Assembly: GCA_052326305.1 (NCBI GenBank)
Contig: JBKQPJ010000008.1
Coordinates: forward strand, 28,498 to 92,497
Direction: 5' to 3'
Source of the DNA: Thermoplasmata archaeon
GTDB lineage: Archaea > Thermoplasmatota > Thermoplasmata > Lutacidiplasmatales > UBA184
Length of the DNA: 64,000 nucleotides
Each line of letters begins with the position of its first letter. Within the stretch, counting starts at the first letter, position 1. Shown piece by piece: positions 38,854 to 48,882 of the stretch. The translations under genes and the position numbers were made by a program. The notes beneath the pieces were generated by a model that was not told the origin of the DNA, did not search any database, and saw only the letters and a program-made list of their open reading frames with translations.

Positions 38854-40026
38854 TTAGCCGTCGACCATGCGGAACCCGAAATAGAGGTTTTCCCTGGAGC
38901 AGAGGTTGCGGACGACGATCTCGGTATGCCGTCCGTCCCGCCGGAGCCGGACGAACGGGTCGTCCCGCAGCGCCTCCGCGAGGACCCGCTCGAAGTGGGA
39001 CCGCCGCTCGAGCGCCCCGCCGAAGCGGCGGACGCGCTCCTGCTCGACCTGCTCGAACGCGAACATGAACTCGTAGAGCGAGCGGTAGATCTGGTCCTCC
39101 ATCCGCTCCCGGACCTCGGCCTCCTCGAGGGTGACGTCGTCGATCCCTTCGAGGTCGACGAAGTAGACGGCGCCGTCGGGGGCGAGGACGGCGTCCTTGT
39201 CGAGCCAGACGTCGTGGAAGTCGAGCCCCGTGAACCGGCCGCGCCCCGGGTCGAACGAGAGCGTCCGGGCGTAGAGGGTGAGGAGCGCGATCGCGCTGCG
39301 GACGAAGTTCGTCTCGAACCGGAGGGCGGAGGAGGAGCTCTCGATCGAGAAGAGGTCGAAGACGTGGCGGATGCCGGTGCCGAGGGTGTTCCGGGCATGG
39401 AAGTAGACGCGAACGTTCGACGGGACGAGCCGGAGCTCCTGGACGATCCGCCCGGGGTACTGGCGGTACCAGTAGATCTTCCGCACCCGCTCCTCGAGCG
39501 CTCGAGGCAGGAAGCAGACCTTCACCACCGGCGCGATCAGGAAGCCGTGGATCGAGGTCAGCTCCGCCCGCTCGGAGACGCGCAGCGCGGTCATCGCGTG
39601 CTCGAGGCCCTGACCGCCGTACGGGGACCCTCGCAACCACAGCTCCCCGGTGATCATCCGGGGCTCGGGGTCGGACGGCGGTCGGCGGAGCCGCTCGCCG
39701 AGGTCGGGGTCGTCCGTCAGGCTCGAGGCCGTGGCCCGGTCGAGCGGCCGCGTCGAGTACGGGTCGACCGTCGAGCCGACCCCCTTCACCGACAGGTAGA
39801 ACGCGCGGCCGTCGAGGGTCGCGACGGGATCCCGGGAGACGGCTCCGCGATTGTCGTCCTCGACGAACTCGCGGGTCTCGATCGGCGCCTCGTCCAAGAG
39901 CGGGGCCAGGCTCGATGGCAGATAGACGCGGTCGAGCCCGGAGAGCTCGAAGGCGCGAAACTCCCGGTGCGTCACGCTCTCCGCCGGATGGGCGTGGAGC
40001 TCGAGGGGCGTGCCCGTCAACCGCAT
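38854..40026 (-). CDS. Kinase-fold protein with SelO/YdiU-like motifs
   Basis: DNRGA, SVKGVG, RLVPSNVR, FVDLEG occur in the same order as SelO motifs DGRA, LKG.G, R..PS..R, IDYG; ATG 40026. Confidence 0.55.
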   Translation of the reverse strand: MRLTGTPLELHAHPAESVTHREFRAFELSGLDRVYLPSSLAPLLDEAPIETREFVEDDNRGAVSRDPVATLDGRAFYLSVKGVGSTVDPYSTRPLDRATASSLTDDPDLGERLRRPPSDPEPRMITGELWLRGSPYGGQGLEHAMTALRVSERAELTSIHGFLIAPVVKVCFLPRALEERVRKIYWYRQYPGRIVQELRLVPSNVRVYFHARNTLGTGIRHVFDLFSIESSSSALRFETNFVRSAIALLTLYARTLSFDPGRGRFTGLDFHDVWLDKDAVLAPDGAVYFVDLEGIDDVTLEEAEVRERMEDQIYRSLYEFMFAFEQVEQERVRRFGGALERRSHFERVLAEALRDDPFVRLRRDGRHTEIVVRNLCSRENLYFGFRMVDG

Positions 40027-40223
40027 CGCCGGAAACGCTCCGGCGACGTCGATCGGACCGCCGATTCCGGACAGATCCCTGCCACGACGCGCCGCCCCCG
40101 ACCCGGAGCACGCCGACGGGCGAAAAGCATTCCCGAACGTGCCCGCCTCGGGCCCGGGGGAAAAGAGGCCCCTCGGCGGCCGGGGGTCGGTCGGAGGAGC
40201 CGCCGGGTCGGCGGAGCCCCCCG

Positions 40224-41186
40224 CTATCGGTCCGAGGCTCGGTGGTCCCCGCACGCTCCGCAGCGGGTCGCCCACGGCGAGTTCACGGTGCGGCACCGGT
40301 GGCAGACCCAGCGCGTGGTCCGGGAGGCGGAGAACGGGATCGCGTTGCGTCCCGTCGAGGGCAGGGTGGCGCCGGTCGGGGCCCCGGCCTCGCCCGGCGG
40401 TCCGCGGTCGGTCAGCTGGTAGGGCTGGTTCGCGGCCGCCCACTCCCATTGCTCCCGCTGGGTGAACGGGCCGTGACGGCCCCTCCAGAGGAGAAAGGCG
40501 CCGAAGAGGCTCGCGGCCGCGAGCCCGATCGTCGCGAAGAAGGCGTAGCCGCCGCCCCAGTTCAGCTTCGAGGCGCACTCGATGCACGAGCCCGGAATGA
40601 CCCCCGCGGTCACCCCGCCCAGGAACGACGGGCACGTCGTCTGGTTCGCCGAGAGGGCCGCACAGTAGCCCGCCGCCTGGGGGCCGGGACCGAGGGCCAC
40701 GGTGAACCCGACCATCCCGAGGGCGAGAAGACCGACCGCCAGCGCGAGGACGATCGCGAGGGTGAACTGCGCGCGGCCGAAGGAGTACCCGAGGAGCCCG
40801 AGCCCCAGCAGGGCCCCCGCGCCGAGGGCCCCGGCGACGATCGCGCCGAGACCTAGGTCGAGCGCCCCGTACGCCGACCCCACGACCCCCGCCACGGAGC
40901 TCGAGATGTTCGCGCAGGGGTCCGGGTGCCAGTCCCGCCAGCTCGAGCACGAGGCCGACCCCCCGGCGTTGAACTCGACCTCGACGTTCTGTACCTGTTC
41001 GTTGGTCAGCTCGCTGGCGGAGACCCTCGTGGCCGTCCACCAGGGTCCGTTGATCGACAGGGCCCCGAGGACCGCCGCGGCGAGGAAGAGGAGGACCGCG
41101 ATCCGGCGGTGGAGGTCCACGTAGTGGAACGGTCGATGGCGACCGTGTCCGGCGGATCCGTTCGTCGGCCCTGGTCCCCCCGACAC
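40224..41186 (-). CDS. Membrane protein with C-terminal RanBP2-like zinc finger
   Basis: Four TM helices, extracellular Cys pairs, WVCHRCRTVN......CGAC. Confidence 0.75.
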   Translation of the reverse strand: MSGGPGPTNGSAGHGRHRPFHYVDLHRRIAVLLFLAAAVLGALSINGPWWTATRVSASELTNEQVQNVEVEFNAGGSASCSSWRDWHPDPCANISSSVAGVVGSAYGALDLGLGAIVAGALGAGALLGLGLLGYSFGRAQFTLAIVLALAVGLLALGMVGFTVALGPGPQAAGYCAALSANQTTCPSFLGGVTAGVIPGSCIECASKLNWGGGYAFFATIGLAAASLFGAFLLWRGRHGPFTQREQWEWAAANQPYQLTDRGPPGEAGAPTGATLPSTGRNAIPFSASRTTRWVCHRCRTVNSPWATRCGACGDHRASDR

Positions 41187-41389
41187 GCTCCTTACTCTCC
41201 GATCGGATCGAGGCCCCGAGGGACCCGCCGACCCCGACCCGAGAGGCGTCTTATCGCTGACGCCGCCGGCGCGGCGGTTCCGGCGCCGGGACCGTCGAGC
41301 GGCAGGCCCGCCCAGAGCCCTCGGGGTCGGTCCCCCCGCCGGCTATATGGGCAGCTCCGGGCTGAGCGCCCACCCGAACGCGAGGCAAC

Positions 41390-41905
41390 GTGCACCGACG
41401 ACTGATCATCCTGGGGATCGCCGTGGCGCTGCTGGGGGTCGCGCTGTGGTACTTCCCCATCCAGACGACCACGACCGGCCCGGTGACCGGCTCGGGGACG
41501 TCGAACGTGGTGGGGCTCTACGCTCCGCTCGACGTGTTCGGCGGGTCGGTCCCCTTCACGCTCCACTGGCAGTCGCACTTCACGATGACCGTGAAGGTGT
41601 ACAGCTGCGGGGACTCTCCGGGCTGCAAGAACGTGCTCCCCTCGAACTACCTCACGGGGGGGAGCGGGACCTCGGGAACGCTCCACTGGCACGGAACGGC
41701 CGGGGAGTACTTCGCGATCATCTCCACGTCCGAACCGCTCACCTACACCTTGGTCTACCCGGAGCCGGTCCTCGGAGGGACCGCGGGGGCCGGGGCGACC
41801 GTGTTCGGAGGGTTCCTGATCGTGCTCGGCGTATGGCTCCCTCCCCCGGTGCGCCGCGTGCGGCCCGGGAAGCGCGAGGACGGGTCAGGGCGGGACCCGT
41901 TCTAG
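41390..41905 (+). CDS. Hypothetical membrane protein
   Basis: N- and C-terminal TM helices around a beta-rich domain; TATATG about 40 nt upstream. Confidence 0.75.
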   Translation: MHRRLIILGIAVALLGVALWYFPIQTTTTGPVTGSGTSNVVGLYAPLDVFGGSVPFTLHWQSHFTMTVKVYSCGDSPGCKNVLPSNYLTGGSGTSGTLHWHGTAGEYFAIISTSEPLTYTLVYPEPVLGGTAGAGATVFGGFLIVLGVWLPPPVRRVRPGKREDGSGRDPF

Positions 41906-41949
41906 GATCGACAGGACGGCAAGGCCGGGGCGCCCGGGAAGGACGCCGT

Positions 41950-42138
41950 TCACTGGTTGCGGGTGATCACCCGGCCGATGAGGCCGCCGAGGATGCCCCC
42001 GGCGATCAGGCCGACCACGAGGTAGATGATCCCCCAGAGGAGGGTGCTGAGCGAGAGGTAGCCGAGCTGCTGCAGGAGGAAGATCACGACGGCGCCGAGG
42101 ACGGCCCCCGAGCCCGCGGCGTTCGATGCCGCGCTCAC
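41950..42138 (-). CDS. Small two-TM membrane protein
   Basis: 62-aa hydrophobic ORF; GTG overlaps the upstream stop (GTGA). Confidence 0.65.
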   Translation of the reverse strand: MSAASNAAGSGAVLGAVVIFLLQQLGYLSLSTLLWGIIYLVVGLIAGGILGGLIGRVITRNQ

Positions 42139-42890
42139 GGGGATCCCTCCGGCGGGGTTACCGGCGGTGGGGGCGGAGACTCGGGGGTCGTCGCCCCTCC
42201 GGCCGCGGAACCGGTCTCGGACGGATGCTCCCACGGCGTCGGCGGCGAGCTCACCGTCTTCGGTCGCCGGCGCACGGAACGGCCGACCGTGAGGATCGAG
42301 TACAGCTCGACGAGGCCCAGCACGAGGAGGAAGATGATCAATCCGGAGGCGATGTGGTCCACGGCCGTCGCGTCGATGTAGAAGTTCTCGCTCCAGACGG
42401 TCGAGCCGTTCGCGTCGACGAGGCTCGCGGTCAGCAGGTAGACGCCCGCGAGCAGGTAGGTGAAGGTGCCCAGGCCCCAGTTCATCGTCCCGGTGCCGTG
42501 CTCGACCCCGCCCCCCGCGGGGTGGTTGACCGTCGACACCTGGTCGGTGGAGATGACCGCCCCGAAGTAGAAAGCCTGGATCCGGGCGAGCGTCACGTTC
42601 GGTCCCCCGGCGTGGATCGTATAGGTGAACACGTTGACGATCTGTTGATTGGCCGAGATCCCGAAGGCGTGCGCTTCGGTGCTCGCCGCGGAGAGGTTCG
42701 TGCCGCCCCACGTGGCGTGCGGACCCCCCAGGCCCGTGGTCGCCGGTGCCGCGAGGGCGTTCACGGTCGTAGGGCGCGCTCCGACCCCGGCCGCATCGGC
42801 CGCGGGCATCGCGATCAGCAGGGCGATCGAGGCCACGAGGACCCACTGGCCTGCGCGTCCGAACCCTAGAGGCCGACCCGATCTCGCCAT
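42135..42890 (-). CDS. Hypothetical secreted, C-terminally anchored protein
   Basis: Signal peptide, Ig-like beta region, TM helix, Pro-rich tail. Confidence 0.75.
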   Translation of the reverse strand: MARSGRPLGFGRAGQWVLVASIALLIAMPAADAAGVGARPTTVNALAAPATTGLGGPHATWGGTNLSAASTEAHAFGISANQQIVNVFTYTIHAGGPNVTLARIQAFYFGAVISTDQVSTVNHPAGGGVEHGTGTMNWGLGTFTYLLAGVYLLTASLVDANGSTVWSENFYIDATAVDHIASGLIIFLLVLGLVELYSILTVGRSVRRRPKTVSSPPTPWEHPSETGSAAGGATTPESPPPPPVTPPEGSP

Positions 42891-43006
42891 GCTTCAGGGC
42901 GACCGAACGGCGTCGGGTTAATGAACTATTCCTCGGAGAGGGCTTCGGGAGACCCCGGGGACGGACCCCTCCGAGGGCGGGAGTTCGAGGGGCGGGACCG
43001 ACGGGC

Positions 43007-46000
43007 CTACGTCCCCGCCGGCGCGGCCCCCCGCAGGGCGGAGACGAGCCGATCGAGGTCCGCTTCTCCCAGGAGGGTCGGGGTGATGTGGATCCAGATC
43101 CGGGCGACGTGCTGGCGGGCCGCCACGTCGATGTCGCGGAGGAAGGCGCCGACGCGCTCGACCCCGTGCATGCCCACCAGGTACTCGATCCCCTCGATGA
43201 AGACGGCCGTCACCCCGTCGTCTTCGAACGCCCGGAGGAGGCTCTGGGCGAGCGCGGGGAGGTCCGACGGGCGGAGCGTCCGCGGCCGGTCGAGGTTCGT
43301 GAGCCAGTAGACCTCCACCGGACGGGGGCCGATGTGGACGCGGATCCGCTCGGGAAGCTCCCGGACGAGGGCGATCCCCTTGTGGCCGGCGGCCGTCGCG
43401 TCGAGGAACGGCTGCAGCGCGAGAAAGAGCGCCGACGAGAAGTCGATCTCGACCCCCGCGGGCGGGGGCGGTGGGATCTCGACCGGCACGGGGGCCGGAA
43501 CCGGCGACGGGACCTCCGCCCGGACCGGGGCGGGCTCGGGCGGAAGGGCTTCCGTCGGAACGACGGACGCCTCCTCCGGCATCACCTCCACCGGGGCCTC
43601 GGGGGGAGTCGCGGGCAGCGCTTCGGCGCCTGCCGCTTCCAGTACAGGAGCGGTCACCTCGCTTTCGAGCGGCGTCTCGGCCGGCCCGGCCTCGGGTCCG
43701 CCGGGAACTAGGTCGGAGGTCGGGGGTGAAGGGGAGGGCGGCTCCTCGCTGGCAATCATGGGGGTGGAGGGGGTGGGCTCCCGAGGCCCCTCGGGTGCGT
43801 CGGAGTCCACCGGTGGCAGCAAGTCGGCTTCCGGGGCCGGGGTCGGGGCCTCGCCGGCCGGTTCGCCGATCGCGCTGGAGTTCTCGGCCGGGGCCCGCGG
43901 AAGATCCGGGATTCCCACCTCGGCCGGGGGCGGTGCCGATTCGAACGCCTCGGCCATCGGCTCGTTCGGGGATTCTGTCGCCGGGGTGCTCGGCGGTACC
44001 TCCGAGGCTCCCGGTGGAGATAGGTCCTGAAGAGGCTCCGGGGCTGCGTCCATCGCTTCGCCCGCGGGCGGGGCCTCGAGCGGTGCCTCGGCCTCCTCCG
44101 CGCCAGCAACCGGCGGAACTTCCTCCGCCGCCGAACCGTTCTCCACCGCCTCGGTAGGGAGCTCGGCCTCGCCCCCCGGGGACTGCTCGCCAGGGAGCGG
44201 GAAGTCCTCCGGTTCCGTCGAGGGAGGACCGGTCTCGGTAGGCGGCGCGGGGCTGGCCTCGGGCGGCGCGACCGGTGGGGCCGAGGGCGTTTCCATCGCC
44301 TCCGAGGTCGGGGCAGTTATCGAGCTCGCCTCCGGGGGCGAGGGCGGGGTGACGGTCGCCTCGGACACCCCTTCCGTCCCCTCGGCGGGGGCGGGTTCGG
44401 GAGCGTCGACCACTCCTTCGGGCGGCTCGTCCCCTTCCGAAGAGGGAACCGCCGCGTCGTCGTCCAGGACCGGCTCGTCGATCTCCGGGGCGATCTCCAC
44501 ATCCGGTGAAAGTTCCGGGACCTCGGGGGGTGACTCGGACGCCGTGACCTCGATAGCAGCCTCCGCTGGGGCGGCCGACTCCAGTCGGTCGGGAGACGGT
44601 ACCGGCTCACGCTCTTCCGCGGACGGCTCCGGAGGAAGGTCTTCCTGCCCCAGGGGTTCCCCCGCGCCCAGCAGGAGCCGTTCCGGCGCGGCCTCGATCG
44701 GGACCGGCGGAATCGGATGCGCCGGCGGTTCCGGTGCGGCTGCCGGGGCGGGGGCCTCGGGCGGGGAGGCCGCGGGAGGCTCGGATTCGGCCGGCTGAAC
44801 ATCGCCCGCTTCGGAGCTCGGGGGGAGAAGAACCGGCGTTACAGGTGCCGCGGGACTAGGAGGTACGAGCACCGTTGGCGGCGCGGGTGAGGGAACGCGT
44901 TCCGGGGACGGACCGCCGGGATCGGGACTCATCACGGTCGGACGAGGATGGGCCGGGGCGGGGGGGACCGTTCGGCCGAGCTTCTTCCAGAGCGTCGCCG
45001 CCACCGGTCGTCCGAAGCCGGCGAGCGCCGCGACCTTCTCGAAGGGGGCTTCCCGGAACCCTTCCATCGACTGGAGCCCCGCGCCCCAGGCGATCGTGAC
45101 CTTCGCCGGCCCCAACAGGGGAACCGCGAAAAGTTCGTCGAGCTCCTGGCCGAGCTCCCGGATCGATTGTTCGCGTGCGATCACCTTCTCGTCGGAGTAA
45201 TCGATCTCGGCGGGCCCGGCCGCCGCGCTGGGGGGCGGCACTCGACGGCCGTCCGAGCAGACGGGGCGCCGCTTGGGAGCCCGGCGCGCTACCGGGACCC
45301 CAGGGAGGGAGACCGACCAGCGGGCCCCCGTTCGGGTACGGCCCTCGACCGCCGGGTGGGGCATCGCCTCGGGCGCCGCCCCGACGACCCGCAGCTCTTC
45401 GATATGCAGGTACTCGCCGATCGCGCCGGCCTTTTCCCGGAGCTCGGCGGCGAGCGGGTCGACCGCCGCGACGATCGCCACCCGTGGGGCCGGGCCGGTG
45501 GTCGATTCCGGGGCACCGAGACGACGCCGCACCCGGCGCACCAGCCAGAAGGCGTCGGGAGATAGAGGAGGTGGGGTGCTGGGCCGGTCGCCCTTTCCCA
45601 GCAGTTGCACGTACATCTCTCCCGAGGCGAACGGGGTGGGCGAGAACCCCTCGGGAAGCGTGTCGACCGTCGTCACCATCTCCGGTGTGATCGTCCTCGG
45701 CACGCCGTGGATGAACAGCGTCAGCTCCCGCGCCACGGCATCGGCGCTCCGGCGGGGCGGCATCCGCTCGATCAGATGGACGATCTGGGAGGCGAGCGCC
45801 GGATAGGCCCGCAGGATCTCGGACTCGACCGGGACGACGCGGCGCTGGCGGGCCTCCCACGGGACCTGGGGGCTCGTCACCTCGAGGCGGGAGACCCTGG
45901 CGAGGCGCTCGATCGTCACCCGGTCGGCGCGCAGGCGGCCGGCCACGGCCTCGTCCGGGAGCACGAGCGCGACCAGGGGCAGCACGGTCGCCGGCGCGAG

Positions 46001-48223
46001 ATGGTGGGCCCGGCGGAAGTCGTCGACCGCTGCGAGGACGGTCTGCCAGCGGTCCCACGCCGCCGAGAGCTCCTCGTCGGCCAGGGCGCGGTCCGCGCCC
46101 AGGTCGGACGACTCGAAGAGGCTCCGCGGCTCGGCGATGAGGCGGAGATGGACCGCCTCCGAGGTGAGCGGGGCGATCGGGGCGAGCGCGATCGCCGAGG
46201 CCCGGTAGAGGTAGATGAGCGTGCGCAGGGCGCTCCGCTTCGCGGCTGGGTTGCCCGGAAGGGCGAGCCGGGGGCGGATCATTTCCAGGTACTCGAGGAG
46301 GTCCCGCTCCAGGAACCGGAAGAGGTGGCGGTGCGCGGCCGCCGGCTCCCAGCGGTCGTAGTCGGCCAGGACCCGCAGGTGGGTCCGGGCCCATCGCGCG
46401 AGGATCGCCCGGTCCTCGACCTCGAGGTCGCGCGCGCTCGCGTCGGGCGGCTGGGCCCCTTCGCGCAGCAGGTCGCGTCCGCAGCTCGAGAGCAGCGCCC
46501 GGCTCTGGGAATAGAAGCGCTCGAGCCGCGCCTCCTCCTGACGGCACCGTTCCTCGAACGTCGTCGTCGATCCGCCCGCGCCGGCCGTACGGACGAAGGC
46601 GGAGCGGACGGCATCGGCGCCGTGCGCCCCGACGAGCCGGGGTAGGTCGACCCGGCTCACGGTCGGTTCGACGCTCAGGCCGAAGTCGGCGCTCGTCGCT
46701 TCGAGGCCGCTCATCGAGGCGAGGTGATGGACGAGCGTCGGGACCCGGCGCCGCTCGTTCGCGTAGACCCGGACGGTGTCGGCGGGGGAAAACGGATCGC
46801 AGCGGGCCCACGCCCCGAACGCCCCGCCGACCTCCGCGAGGAGCCGGCGGGCGACGAGCCGACGGGTCCCGCCGCAGGGGCAGGCGCGCGGACCGTCGGG
46901 AGCGTCGAGCCGTTCGCAGCGCGCGCACTCGAGCAGGGCGACGGCCTCGGGGTCGGAGGAGGGGATCGTCTCGCTCACCGGCCAGCGGGAGATCTCGATC
47001 TGCGCGATCGGCCGGTCGCGGGGCAGGAGCCGGGCGTACCGGTCCTTCTGCTCGGGGGCCAGGTGGTTCGGTTCGAGGCACCAGGCCCGTCCCGGGGTCC
47101 AGACCATCCGGTGCCCGCAGAGGGAGCAGTACGGGACCCCTCGGACGACGCGGAGGCGGGCGAGGACGGAGCCGCCCTCCATCAGATCGCGGCAGACGAA
47201 CTCGTTCGCGGTCTCGACGTCGAGCCCGGAGTACTTGTGCATCAACGTCGGGTCGAGCAATCCGCGCGAGGTGAGGAGCGGCCACCCGGCGATCCCGAGA
47301 CGCTCGGCGATCTCCGCGTCGGTCGGGCCGTGGCCGGGGACGAGCGGCACGATCCCCGTGCCCGTGTCCCCGACCTCGAGGTCCGCCTGGATCGTGCCGG
47401 CGGGCGGGTCGAGCGAGCCGCCGATCGGGAACTCGTGCCGGAGCGGGTAGGCGTACGCCCGTCCGACCCACTCCCGGCCCGGCCGCTCCTCGCGCACCTC
47501 GAGCTCCACGTCGGGCAGCCAGGCGTGCAATCGGGCGAGCGAGCCGTGGGACGTGAGGAGGAGCGCGCTCGATCCCTTGTGCCGGTACTCCACGACCGAG
47601 TAGGGGACGTCCGGGTGGACGAGCAGGGCGCTCGCCCCGAGGAGGCGCCACGGGGCGTCGACCCAGACGAGGGCGTCGACGGCGGGGTCGGTGCCCTGCA
47701 GGGGGAATCGCACGAGGAACGTGTCGCCGACCTCCTTCTGGTAGATGATCCGCTCGGGCGTGCGCGGGATGCGGCAGGAGAGGCAGACCCGCAGCGGGCC
47801 GTCCCGCGCGACGAGCACCCCCTTGCGCGCGAGCCGCGCGACGATCGCCTGGACCCCGGCCTGTCGGTCGGCGGTATCCCACGGCCGGTCGCCCGCGCCG
47901 CCGGTCCACAGGGCGAGCGACTCGAGCAAGGGGCCGAGGCCCGCGGGGGTCGCGTTGGCGCCGTGCCGCTCGTCGCGGAGCGTTCCGACCACGCCGCGGC
48001 GGCTGAGAAGGAGGTGGCGCGCGTCCACGTCCGCGGCGACCGCGCGGTGCGCGACCATCTCCGCGGGCTCGCCCGGGGTGAACGACCCTTCGAACTGACG
48101 TACGATCGGCCCATCGGTCGGCCCGAGGGTCCCGCCGGGGGGGGGCAATCGCCGGGACCTCCAGAACGTGCGGATCTCCGGTTCGAGCGTGCGAACGGTG
48201 AACCGCGGCGTCTCCTCCGGCAT
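43007..48223 (-). CDS. IleRS paralog lacking catalytic motifs, fused to HhH, acidic Pro-rich linker and DUF835 (inactive KaiC-like) domain
   Basis: IleRS landmarks in order (LEPEI..FW, LVW...PW.L, GTGIV...PGHG.D, YSGL.V..AN, GADAVR, DR.IL) without [18 protein letters not shown] HhH; VYWLT...[11 protein letters not shown]835; ATG 48223; 1738 aa. Confidence 0.82.
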   Translation of the reverse strand: MPEETPRFTVRTLEPEIRTFWRSRRLPPPGGTLGPTDGPIVRQFEGSFTPGEPAEMVAHRAVAADVDARHLLLSRRGVVGTLRDERHGANATPAGLGPLLESLALWTGGAGDRPWDTADRQAGVQAIVARLARKGVLVARDGPLRVCLSCRIPRTPERIIYQKEVGDTFLVRFPLQGTDPAVDALVWVDAPWRLLGASALLVHPDVPYSVVEYRHKGSSALLLTSHGSLARLHAWLPDVELEVREERPGREWVGRAYAYPLRHEFPIGGSLDPPAGTIQADLEVGDTGTGIVPLVPGHGPTDAEIAERLGIAGWPLLTSRGLLDPTLMHKYSGLDVETANEFVCRDLMEGGSVLARLRVVRGVPYCSLCGHRMVWTPGRAWCLEPNHLAPEQKDRYARLLPRDRPIAQIEISRWPVSETIPSSDPEAVALLECARCERLDAPDGPRACPCGGTRRLVARRLLAEVGGAFGAWARCDPFSPADTVRVYANERRRVPTLVHHLASMSGLEATSADFGLSVEPTVSRVDLPRLVGAHGADAVRSAFVRTAGAGGSTTTFEERCRQEEARLERFYSQSRALLSSCGRDLLREGAQPPDASARDLEVEDRAILARWARTHLRVLADYDRWEPAAAHRHLFRFLERDLLEYLEMIRPRLALPGNPAAKRSALRTLIYLYRASAIALAPIAPLTSEAVHLRLIAEPRSLFESSDLGADRALADEELSAAWDRWQTVLAAVDDFRRAHHLAPATVLPLVALVLPDEAVAGRLRADRVTIERLARVSRLEVTSPQVPWEARQRRVVPVESEILRAYPALASQIVHLIERMPPRRSADAVARELTLFIHGVPRTITPEMVTTVDTLPEGFSPTPFASGEMYVQLLGKGDRPSTPPPLSPDAFWLVRRVRRRLGAPESTTGPAPRVAIVAAVDPLAAELREKAGAIGEYLHIEELRVVGAAPEAMPHPAVEGRTRTGARWSVSLPGVPVARRAPKRRPVCSDGRRVPPPSAAAGPAEIDYSDEKVIAREQSIRELGQELDELFAVPLLGPAKVTIAWGAGLQSMEGFREAPFEKVAALAGFGRPVAATLWKKLGRTVPPAPAHPRPTVMSPDPGGPSPERVPSPAPPTVLVPPSPAAPVTPVLLPPSSEAGDVQPAESEPPAASPPEAPAPAAAPEPPAHPIPPVPIEAAPERLLLGAGEPLGQEDLPPEPSAEEREPVPSPDRLESAAPAEAAIEVTASESPPEVPELSPDVEIAPEIDEPVLDDDAAVPSSEGDEPPEGVVDAPEPAPAEGTEGVSEATVTPPSPPEASSITAPTSEAMETPSAPPVAPPEASPAPPTETGPPSTEPEDFPLPGEQSPGGEAELPTEAVENGSAAEEVPPVAGAEEAEAPLEAPPAGEAMDAAPEPLQDLSPPGASEVPPSTPATESPNEPMAEAFESAPPPAEVGIPDLPRAPAENSSAIGEPAGEAPTPAPEADLLPPVDSDAPEGPREPTPSTPMIASEEPPSPSPPTSDLVPGGPEAGPAETPLESEVTAPVLEAAGAEALPATPPEAPVEVMPEEASVVPTEALPPEPAPVRAEVPSPVPAPVPVEIPPPPPAGVEIDFSSALFLALQPFLDATAAGHKGIALVRELPERIRVHIGPRPVEVYWLTNLDRPRTLRPSDLPALAQSLLRAFEDDGVTAVFIEGIEYLVGMHGVERVGAFLRDIDVAARQHVARIWIHITPTLLGEADLDRLVSALRGAAPAGT

Positions 48224-48371
48224 CGGTCCCGCGGGCTCCCTCGACCGAGGGAGCGACCGGGGCGGGAATAAACCCTCGTTCGAGCCGAACCGCTGTCGGT
48301 CGGTCCGGCCGCTCGCCTCCGGAGCAACTCTTATGCCGCCGGTCATCTCCGTGGCGTCCGAGGAGACAGGA

Positions 48372-48758
48372 ATGGCCTGGACGCAGCAGGAGGTCCGGGA
48401 GCTGAAGGAGGGCCGGTACATGCTCATCGACGAGGAGCCGTGCCGCATCATCAGTATCCAGACGTCGAAGCCCGGGAAGCACGGAGAGGCGAAGGCGCGG
48501 ATCGATGCGGTCGGGGTGTTCGATGGCTCGAAACGGAGCGTCGTTTTCCCCGTCAAGCACAAGGTCCAGGTGCCGCTGATCGGCAAGAAGCAGGCCCAGG
48601 TCCTGTCGATGACCGACTCGGAGGTCCAGCTGATGGACCTCGAGTCCTACGAGACGTTCATGCTGCCGCTCGACGCGGAGACGAAGGCGGCGGTCTCTCC
48701 CGGAGCGGAGGTCCAGTACGTTGACGCGATGGGGAAGCGCCGGATCACCCGGACGTGA
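48372..48758 (+). CDS. eif5a: Translation factor aIF5A
   Basis: [24 protein letters not shown] hypusine loop, [11 protein letters not shown]. Confidence 0.98.
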   Translation: MAWTQQEVRELKEGRYMLIDEEPCRIISIQTSKPGKHGEAKARIDAVGVFDGSKRSVVFPVKHKVQVPLIGKKQAQVLSMTDSEVQLMDLESYETFMLPLDAETKAAVSPGAEVQYVDAMGKRRITRT

Positions 48759-48882
48759 GCCTCGGCACCGCCGGTGACCGGGGGACCCGCGCGGTTCATT
48801 AATAAGGAGGGCCCGGCATGAAACACCTGCCCGCGCCCCCTCGGCGACATCGTCAGGTGGCGGAGCGCATGGGAGAAGGAGC

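Noticed and set aside
43007..48586. Functional IleRS, or the 48586 start given in the ORF track
   Set aside because: HIGH and KMSKS are absent; the upstream extension is antisense to aIF5A, and IleRS similarity begins near ATG 48223.
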